Origin: Bugula neritina
Taxonomy: Eukaryota > Animalia > Bryozoa
Direction: 5' to 3'
Length of the DNA stretch: 64,000 nt
Assembly: GCA_964035545.1 (NCBI GenBank)
Contig: OZ037765.1
Coordinates: forward strand, 9,310,698-9,374,697
This document shows positions 53,501-64,000 of the stretch, piece by piece. The notes beneath the pieces were generated by a model. The model ran no database searches, was not told the DNA's origin, and worked only from the letters and a program-made list of their open reading frames with translations. The position numbers and the translations under genes were made by a program. How positions within the stretch are numbered: position 1 is the stretch's first letter; the number at the start of each line of letters is the position of its first letter.

Positions 53501-53689
53501 TATAAACTTAAAAGCCATCAAAACCATCCGAAAATAAGAATTCAGATTTAAAATGTTACACACCTGACCCAGCTCTTCTGCGCTGATTGTTCCACTTCCA
53601 TCATCATCAAATAAGTTAAATGTGTCTTCCAATTCTTTTATTTCTTCCTGGGTGAGGTTGTCAATGGGCTTGTTTTGTAGGTTACCCAT
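50589..53689 (-). CDS. Calmodulin-like EF-hand protein (divergent; not canonical calmodulin)
   Basis: Exons 53564-53689, 51088-51217 and 50589-50848 give 171 aa: [149 protein letters not shown]...AAAPPPKPK*. Confidence 0.92.
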
Positions 53690-53829
53690 AATTTTATATA
53701 TCTTTGTGTAGTAAGTTTATAGGACTCTCAAATAATCACTAAAATAGTAAACAAGCTACCACCGTAGCTTTCACTGCTGTTATATACAAGTGAAACATCC
53801 TAGTACTAATCATATAATCATATAATCAT

Positions 53830-53965
53830 TGGTGATGTTAGGAAGAGCATCCAGTCATAATTGCTCCTGTGCCTCATCTAAACAAGTCCTTAGCCCGATT
53901 TAACAAAAACCCTTTCCATCAGGGGTTTCTCACAGGGATAGTGACTATAAACTTGCGTGATTTTA
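53830..53965 (+). mobile_element. 5'-truncated copy of the tRNA-derived SINE
   Basis: Near-identical to the 3' two-thirds of 40370-40582 (GGTGATGTTAGGAAGAGCATCCAGTCATAATTGCTCCTGTGCCTCAT...GACTATAAACTTGCGTGA). Confidence 0.9.
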
Positions 53966-54867
53966 TTTATTAAAATATAACTATATCTTTAAACACTAAT
54001 AAAACTATGTTTCCAATTATGTAGCAAATTAGAGCTTTTTGTAGTCTTGACCAACTGCATATTTAGAGTGTAAGATTTAAAACTCTGAAGCTAAGTTTGA
54101 TGGCTTGCAGTTTGCAATTACACAGAATGCTTAGAAACTGCAGATAGTACAAACTTGATACACATAACACTAATTCTTACCTGTTCCAAGGAAATTGACC
54201 CACTGTTTAGCTACTTGATTTTTGTTGGTTGCCCTTATTGGTTAGTTGCTAGCAGGTTCAAGTGCTACCAGTTGTATAAACACGCATTACATCATGTACT
54301 ATGCAGTTACTCTGCTAACATTGTGATGAATGTAAAGAAATATAAACACTATTGACTTGATTAATATTGATATGCTGCTGAGGTAAGTCAGGTAACCCAG
54401 CAGTTCAAACAATGATTACCAACTTATCCAATAATAGGTGTGTAAATGACACACATGTTTATAAAAGCAACAGTCACTAAAGTTTTATATATATACTAAT
54501 CCACAACTACTTGCTGAGTAAGTCAGTTATTGTGACAAAATATATTTGATGATTTTTGAGTGATTTATCTCCATGTCAATTGCTAATGATATATTTTACT
54601 AGGATAATTCGCTGAATTTGGGTGTCATGCTAAAGCAGTCAGTTGGAGTTACTAAAGGCTGAAAACTACCACAAAAATTAAAAATAGAGAAAATGATTCA
54701 AATTCAAATACACTATTGTTACATTATTCATTTCTTGATTTTGACTATTCTATAAAACTTAAAATAAACTCTCACTTTTGTGTTTCAGTTTTAATGCGGT
54801 ATAAAATATACTTTAGTTTATATTATAATAGCTTAAAACATGATGTGATATGACATTGTATAGATGG

Positions 54868-55591
<724 letters not shown>

Positions 55592-55993
55592 AGAATCGAA
55601 GCATTTCCTTAGTAAAGCAATGATTAATTGTTGAATAACTAATTTCTAAACCAATTGTTTTGCATCACCTTATGTAAAAAAAAGGATAATTCACGATGCT
55701 CTATAATAAATGTTTCACAAAAATAATTAGGCATATTTACATTAATCACTAGCTGTATTCGAGACACAACTCCAAAAATTAGTATAACATTTTATCCAAT
55801 ACTATTACTAGAGTTATCTTTTCTTGTTTGTATCTTCCGCAGATGGTCGCTGTTGATATAATATTATGTTATTTTGTTTAAAATAATAAAAAACGTTTAA
55901 TTTGTATTATTTATTTATTCTAAAACATAAAAACAAATTTCAAGTTTCCTTTAGCTTCCTAAATTTAAATATGTCGAACACACAGAGCACCTG

Positions 55994-56005
55994 TGTGACG
56001 TCACA
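55994..56005. promoter_or_regulatory. CRE/ATF-type palindrome TGTGACGTCACA upstream of par-6
   Basis: Perfect 12-bp palindrome containing TGACGTCA, about 200 bp upstream of the par-6 ATG. Confidence 0.45.
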
Positions 56006-56204
56006 TCATAGGTGAATCAAAGTAACTATTAGGTCAACTTTTGAAGGACGAGCTAATCAATTTGCAAGGTGCCCCCAAGTATTCTTAGATAATTTCAGCA
56101 CCACACCCAACAACTAACCTTAACTTGCTGTGGAACAATTCCTTTCGTCTTTATTTTAACTTATGAAAGAATCTGATGGGCTATTTCTAATAGAAGCACG
56201 AATA

Positions 56205-59200
56205 ATGGCTAAATATGCCAAGCATACTAATGGTGTAGGATCATTAATTGAAGTTAAAAGCAAGGTGGGTTTTTATTTTAAATTTTAATTGATGTCTAAC
56301 AATTTACATGGCCAATCAAAGTTCTAAAATAGCTATACTTTAAGTCAGCATGTGTTAGATACTGATCATCGGAATCCACGGTGGTTCTGATAATCTTGAA
56401 GTTAATATGATAATTTTGTAATAATCTTAATCTGTTAATCATCATGATCATATTCATAATCATAATGATAATGATGATAATCTAAAACTAAAAGTAGATC
56501 AATCTGAATATCATAGAATTGCCATGGTCATTGAACTTGGCTTAAGGATTTTGAATTGGGATTCATCATCATGGACTTCTGATTCAATTTAATTTTTATT
56601 TCCAAAATAAAATTTGATTTATTGTTAGCATTAGTAGTAGTACTAAACATAGTGTTCACGTAGCAGTAGTTTTAATTTAGGCTTTGCCTTTAGCTAGTTA
56701 CTGTTAGTAGTTACACTTACTGTTATACTTATATTTACAACGTTTAGGTTTTGATAATATGACATGCATAGGCACTTGGTAAATGATTGATTTTCGAATA
56801 CTGCTAGTAGGCATAGTCATAAATTAATACTTAAAAGTATTATGGTTATCGATGTTTTACACAGTTCAAGTTCAAATTTTAGACTCTTTTTGTCCCATTA
56901 GTGTATTACTAACTACAATAGTTAAGGTTTTACTTATAGTAATCGTGGATTGAAGCTGGTGTTGCTGTCCATGGTTATTAGAACATCAGTATGACAGCTT
57001 TAGAAGTATTAAAATCAATAATATAATATAAATATACTAATTTAATAATTTAATTTTAACTGTATTTCCAATCCAGTGATATTCAGATTAAATATGAGTA
57101 GCAATTTGGCATAATTCATTATGTGATTTACTGTAAATAATATATATGATTGGTGATAAGTTTATGTTAGTATAAGCATAGTAATTCGTATTGATTATGC
57201 ATGATGAAGTTGTGAGAACACTCTATACACTATAGATACTTTTACTATGTGTTATTCAATTTTACTCAATTGTTTTAATGCGTTTAAACAGCTCTGGGCC
57301 CATCTTACTAGGATACGTACAAAAATTTTAAAAGTTTTTGAATCCTAACTAGCATTTAACCACCTTTCTGTCTTTTTAATATTTTCCAAACCGGTTGTAC
57401 TGATTTCAACTTTAAGGTTTGAGCACCAGGTTTATGGAAACTCTAGAATCTGAGCTCATGATAAAACTGCAACTTCAACATGACATTTTTTCAGTAGAAA
57501 ATCCAGCAGTCTGTAAACTGTGTCAAATTGTGCAGCATTCTGGGGATATTGGCAGCTTATTATATTTAATGTTCCACGCAGGCTTTAATATAAATCTGTT
57601 TAGACTGTGGTTTATTGAGAGAATGACCGATTCACAGGATCTCATTCTAACAGTGATTTTGATCCTAAATCTTTGTAGCTAGTACACCATGTTACTGCTA
57701 GTAGCACAGGCTAAAGACCTACTAATAAAAAACTCTAATGTTCTTATAGATTTCACAACAAGAAATTCAGTCTTAAGCATCGTTTATTATGCACAGCACT
57801 ATTGAAACAGAGTTGACACTGGAAAAGATGGATATCAGTTACTGTAACATATTGATATACCAATTGTTACATAAATTAAGAGACAAATAAAATTATATAA
57901 GAATATATCTAAAGATTGTTCTGGTAAAATTAAAAGTCGAAACAAGTTTTCCAATATAAATTTGCATTTATTCAATGATTGCTAAAGGTGGCAGGATAAA
58001 AGCTGAGCTAAACAAGCTTTAGTTATTTCGGTTATTTAGTTTTATTTATTTCTTGCACTTCATCAAAAACTTTCTATTTTCTTGCAAAAAGTTGATTGAG
58101 CCATGTAATATGGTTTTTTATAACAGTAATATTTATGTAAAAGTATCACATTATCACATACTTCTGAATCAGCTTTCTACGCTCTGGAGATGACCTAAGT
58201 TTCCTTGTAAAATGCAACTTAGACCAACAAAAATGTAACTAAAATACTTATAATATGAAGCTTTACCATGACCAATCAAATTGATAGTGATTTTTGTCAC
58301 ATTATTTGCCAACTTCATTTTATTTTTTATTGTTTTTGTCACTTACAAGTAGCAGTTTGCTAGTGTCAAGCACTAAATGGTAAATAGTAAGTCCTCTGTA
58401 TGTGATTGTATAATTTCTTGGCATGCTGCAGTCATTAAATTACTTGATCTATATTTTTCCAAAGCACTAGATTTACTTAAGCAGTAGACAGAAAACTCAG
58501 CCATGTTTTCATGTAACATACCTTCCCTCCTTAAACCTCTGTTTTGAGCATTGGGGTAGCTCTAAAAAATGTACTTTACTTCACCAATTACTGCTATGCT
58601 TAACAATTCACATCTAAAACTTCGTGTTATCTACTTTTATTGCTGTAAGTTACCAGTAAGTAGTAAGTAAAGCATACTGCAAGCTCTTTAAATATATATT
58701 TGTTGATAATATGCTAACAAGTTATCACTTCCGTCAGCAGCCAAAACTGGTATACAAAAACTGAACGCCAGAATTAGCCAATTGCTACATTTAAGAAAAA
58801 GTCTTCATGATTTGGTGTGCCTCATAAATATATATATAAATTGTCATGACGCTGATATTCAAGTCCGTACTGAACAAGGGTGAATCTGCATTAGAGTTAC
58901 TAACTAGTATCACATTAAAACCATAAAGTACTCATTTGTGGAATATACCTGGTTCTACTTTCAGTATGAAGTATTATATGAAGTGGTTTTTAATCAGATA
59001 TAATATGTTTTCATCATTCATTTTACTTAGTTGTGTGTGAGTCAATGCCCCTACTACCATCCATGCTGACATTAGTTGCACAGTTTACTGCTCTACTGAG
59101 TGTCTAGCATCCATTCAGCCTTCAACATAGCTTCCATATTGTCCTTTTTGTACCTTGACACGACAATGCTTTTCTAAAAATTGATTTTATAAAAAAGACT

Positions 59201-61673
59201 TTTATAATTGTCTTTACATTTGTAGTTTGATGCAGAATTCCGAAGATTCAGCGTAGATATCAATGGTGTAACTACTTCTGATGAGTTTTATGAGCTAGTC
59301 AACAAATTGCATAAACTAAAAGACATTCCATTCCTGATAACGTATACAGACACATATGGCGATCAGCTCCCTATTAACAATGATGATAACTTCATGAAAG
59401 CCCTGACTACAGTAAAGGGAGTTCTAAGGTTACAAATACAACGGAAAGGTAACATATCATATAATTCTAGACTATTATAATCTTTGTTGCCAGCACTACT
59501 TTATTAAATTAACGTTAATAATAGTTATAAGTTCATAACCAAAGAAAGAGGAGTTGATAGTCTGAAATCGACCCCACCTTTCTCCATTACTAGAGTACCT
59601 GCTAGTTCAATTATGGTCTAATTTCTTCTTACCCAGATGATGCTTTATAGGTAGTCGATGGAATGTTCCATCTACAGTGGGATTTGAACCCTTATGGTAC
59701 CACTAATGGCAATCAGGCTTTTCATTTGGTTTTGTTTTGGCTCCAACATTTCATGTATAGAATCATTTTTCTTCCGTTAATCTGTCATTTTTGAGGTGTG
59801 TTAGCCATATGCATTCAGCAAAGGCTGCTTATGGCCTCAGCATTTCTTTACAGCATCAGCAGTCAGTAAACATCTTATCAAGTGGTTGATGATTTTTTTG
59901 TTGATTCTTAGAATCAGTTCATATCATTCTCGTGTTTTTATCTTAGCAACATAATAGTTTGTCATTGAAGCTGATACAATGGAGCTGTTTTTGGTTCATT
60001 GTGAGTCATTCTCGGATAAATTATACTACTAAATGAATACACAAGTAGTGCATTACATCTATTTACCTAGTCATAGTAATTGTGGTGAGCTGTGGTCATA
60101 GCTTGTCTAATGCTTGGTTGACTCAGCAAATTAGTTGAGTTATTCATAAGACTCGCTGGTCTCACCCTCCGTATTATGTGTTGCCTCAGGTGTGTGAAAA
60201 TTAAGGCTCATCTATAAAGTATGTAGGAAATCACCCCCAAGTACTAATTTTAAAGTCCTACTCACTTATTTCATCACCACAAGTCAGGCCTGATGGGGTT
60301 TTTTGGAACTCTACTTACAGTCATAAAAGCTTTGTGCTGATGAAAGCATTTTGTTTCTAAATTGTTTCATCATGTATCTCAGCAGCTATGTTACTATACC
60401 ATGTTGTACTGTTTACGGACTACATTGTAATTTAGGTGAAACTCCTGAATGCGGATTTGGTACAATAAAGAAGAAGAAAACTCCAATAACTAAGTTTATA
60501 GGACAGAACGAAAAGACACCTCCCAGAAAACCACACTTAGCAATCAGCTTTCCAGAAGATTTTCGTAGAGTTTCGGCTATCATTGACGTAGACATAGTTC
60601 CGGAAACTCACCGTAGAGTTCGACTGATGAAAAATGGGTCAGAGAAGCCTCTAGGATTCTATATACGAGACGGAGTTAGCGTGAGAGTGACTCCACACGG
60701 TTTAGAGAAGGTTGGTCATAGTTGATGATTAAGTGCAGGGATGATTAGCCCTATGAAATGTCTAGTTGAAATGTCTAGTTGAAATGTGGGCGTGTTGTTA
60801 AAACTATTTATTATTTTCATGTGGAAATGCATCATGAAGTTCTGCAAGTAGGCTAAGCCTGTCACAACTCACCAACCCATGAAATACTTGTGCAAAGTAC
60901 TGGATACGGAGCCAATATTAGTTAGTACTGCATGCTGTATATCGGACAGTGTGACTATCAGTACTAACTTGCTACAGTTATGACTACTTCAATGAGTTTC
61001 AAAATCCTAATCACTCTTTTTGATTGTTGGTTTAGTTATAAACAACCAGGAACTTTACCTGCGTGCTGCTATCATAAATTTATACAGCAATTCTTCATGC
61101 TAAAACCAGTGACCTTAGCCATGTACATACACTTGCTAGAGATATTTACTAGATAGGAAGTCTTGGAAATTTTACTAAGAAATGAAAGCACTGTCTGTAT
61201 TTTGCTAAAATATGTGTCTATATACTGTATATATTGTATATCTGGTCTTTTAGGTACCTGGAATTTTCATATCGCGTCTAGTGCAAGGAGGTCTAGCCGA
61301 AAGCACTGGTCTCTTGGCTGTAAATGATGAAGTATTAGAGGTCAATGGAATCGAGGTAACTGGTAAATCGCTAGACCAAGTGACTGACATGATGGTAGCT
61401 AATAGTTCAAATCTTATCATAACAGTAAAACCAGTAAATCAAACCAACACCTTAGCATCGTCTTCAGCCCGTCACCATCCACATCGCAGGTCTGGTGTGT
61501 CGGTAGGCTCCAACCAATCAGCTGTTAGTATAGATAGCGATGAGGTGAAGGATTTAATGCTCAAAGATGACGACGAAGACGAAGTAAAAGATCACAGCAC
61601 AGTAAATGAAATGCACACGGCAACTCTTTCTAGTAAAACCAGTGACCAGTCTTCTGACGTGGTGACATTGTAA
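56205..61673 (+). CDS. PARD6: Partitioning defective 6 (PB1, semi-CRIB, PDZ)
   Basis: Exons 56205-56264 (IEVKSK), 59226-59448 (FDAEFRRFS...[11 protein letters not shown]), 60436-60710 ([28 protein letters not shown]...[10 protein letters not shown]), 61254-61673 ([35 protein letters not shown]...VVTL*). Confidence 0.98.
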
Positions 61674-63138
61674 CCATACTATGTGTATATAGTCCTTGCT
61701 GCCATGTGCTGTCTTCAACACATTTGATAATCTAGACAGCTTCACAGTTACATACTAGTGTAGACATTATTCAAACCATCCTGCCTTTTATTAGCACAGC
61801 ATTGGTAATTATGTTTATATTACCTTTTACAAGTCATACACCTAATTTTATTGACAATATGTGTGGTGCTGGGTTAGGCATTTTTAGTACATCCATAACG
61901 CTATGCATCACAACCAGTAATATTTTCTATACAACAGCAAATATTTTTTTCACAATGAATTATTAGAATACAATTTAAGTTTTTGACAGCATTGCCAGAC
62001 TTGGGGAAAATAGTTTCAAGCTGGCAATTTATATATAATGTTTTACTTACCATTTCTACTTTTGTAATTATCAAAATATTGCAATTATGTTTTTCCATGC
62101 ATGTAACAACAGTAGATTTATTTGACTGAGATTCGATTAATACTATTACTTCAAGAATCATGGTATGTTATTAGATTGTAACCTTTCATAAGCCTACGTG
62201 GATTCATCATAAATGTGACAATGAACCATTGTATGGCAATTGATATCAATGAAGAACAATATGCTATCTTATATACATGTATGCTATTCTTGCTATAATA
62301 ATTTTTGTATTCTCTATTCACGATATATTTGGAATGTATTAATTATTATTGCTCTAAGTTTTGCTATTTCATTTGTACTAAAATATCTATTAATTATATA
62401 ATATAGCTGTCAAACAAAAGCATCTGGTGTTAATTCATGTCAGAGTTTATATGTACTTCAGAAATTTTCCATGCTCAACCAGTATAATGAAATTTGTCAC
62501 TATCAAGGTACAGCTTTTTTATGAGAGGCTTCTGAGTGAAGAAAAAAGTTTGAGATAGTTGTAGGACTTTTCTATTTCAGGATATAAATATAATAATATG
62601 TATGCAACTAACAGAGCTTTTGGGTGGTAACCATAGTGTAGTGATTCTAGAGTACTGGTAAAGTTAGCTGAAGGTTTGATTACTATGGGGACATTGGTGA
62701 TTTCAGGAAGAGCTGCAGCCAATTATTGTTACACCTGTGTCATATCAAACTGCGCTGTCTGCATAGTAAGAGATATAGACCTTAAAAAACATGAATAGGG
62801 TTTTTAAATTACAGGGTTCGGGTTGCTCTTGTACATATAACTACTGCAATAGCAATAATAAAAGTGTGAGATAATAAAAAAGAAAATGTTTCGAATAATA
62901 TATAACATATTAAAAACATTTCACCGATTTTGTAGGAGTTGTGTTGTTTTTATTGTAAATATCCATAATCAACTACGTATTTTCGATAATGTAACTGTCT
63001 TGCGAATGGTCTAGTGTAACATTGCAAGACCGAGGCGAATATATACTACGCCGAAGAAGGAAAAGATACGTATTCGTATATGCGTATATACGTATTCTTG
63101 ATCGCGGTGTTGATACTGCTGGGCACGAGGGCGTCAAC

Positions 63139-63228
63139 ATGGCGGAATGGGATTTAACTTCAGTGATGGGACAGTACTTGGACCGACATTTGGTCTTTCC
63201 TCTGCTGGAATTTCTTTCCGAAACACAG
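63139..63228 (+). CDS. EIF3E: Eukaryotic translation initiation factor 3 subunit E, first coding exon (gene continues beyond the window)
   Basis: [30 protein letters not shown] followed by a GT donor; [14 protein letters not shown] is the conserved eIF3e/Int-6 N-terminus. Confidence 0.95.
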
Positions 63229-63299
63229 GTTTGAATGCACTTGATATCACATTCAATTTAATTTAGTTTGTCATTCTCCGGCACTCTGACTTATGCAGT

Positions 63300-63460
63300 T
63301 ACTCTCAGTCTTGAGTCTCACTCTCACTCTGAGCCCGAGAGTGACACTCACACTGACAGTGACTGTGAGTGTGAATAGTCCCAGAGCTCGGAGAGCAGTC
63401 GCTGTATCAGACTCGGAGTTGTCATGCGTACTCATTGTGCGACTATATTTATTATTGTGA
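63300..63460. repeat. 6-nt-periodic array at the start of eIF3e intron 1
   Basis: gagtct cactct cactct gagccc gagagt gacact cacact gacagt gactgt gagtgt. Confidence 0.75.
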
Positions 63461-64000
63461 AGTGTAACTTCGCCAGTCAACGTTTAGCCACATTAACTTC
63501 AACTTTAAGGTGATCGTTTGACTTGAGTTTGTATAACATAAAAATTAAAAGAATAATTATCATAAATTAAGTTTAACCCAACTCTAAGTGAAAGTCGATG
63601 TGTATATCGATAACTACTTGATTTTGATCTTCTAACTAATAAAGTTAAACTACTACTGCTGCTAATACTAGCCCTAGGTCTAATGCTACTACTACTACCA
63701 GCATCGTGATAGTGATAGTTTAACTTTAAGTTACAGTAGCAGTTAGACTTACTCAGTTAGCTTGGGTGCTTCACTGCTTAGGCATTAGTCTTAGAGGCCA
63801 GAGTTATGCTTGAACTAATAGTTATAAGTTAGTGATATTGCTTCAACAAATTTTATCATTTTAAAATAGCCTACTTATTTGAGAAGGGGAAAGTTGTAAT
63901 CGTTATCATGGTTAAAATTTTAATAATGATGCGTGATCTCATGTAAAATTAAATAGCCTATTCAATGAAAATGTGACCATTCATTCGCATTTGCAGCTGC

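Noticed and set aside
62519-62722. 67-aa minus-strand ORF between par-6 and eIF3e
   Set aside because: Non-ATG start, no recognisable domain and no convincing splice partners. It cannot be fully excluded without RNA data.

Overview
AT-rich, intron-rich eukaryotic genomic DNA from an invertebrate animal (a lophotrochozoan is plausible but cannot be shown from the sequence). I assembled seven spliced protein-coding genes by hand from GT/GC-AG junctions and reading-frame phase: integrin beta (-, 1888-14162), Sec61 gamma (+, 20471-21332), an ELKS/ERC/CAST coiled-coil protein (-, 22156-35091), cyclin J (+, 41489-47658), a divergent calmodulin-like EF-hand protein (-, 50589-53689), Par-6 (+, 56205-61673) and the first exon of eIF3e (+, 63139-63228). 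The genes form three head-to-head pairs. Mobile DNA includes a LINE 3' fragment, three copies of a tRNA-derived SINE, a hAT element with an 8-bp TSD, nested MITEs and a perfect 720-bp (CA)n tract. The most unusual signals are: (1) 6-nt-periodic [C/G]A[C/G/T]NNT arrays that recur beside the inferred promoter or first exon of most genes; (2) an indel-free 135-nt hairpin in the integrin/Sec61G intergenic region whose mismatches are mostly G-U pairs on the minus strand; (3) a 12-nt in-frame integrin microexon. All coordinates and counts were made by eye.
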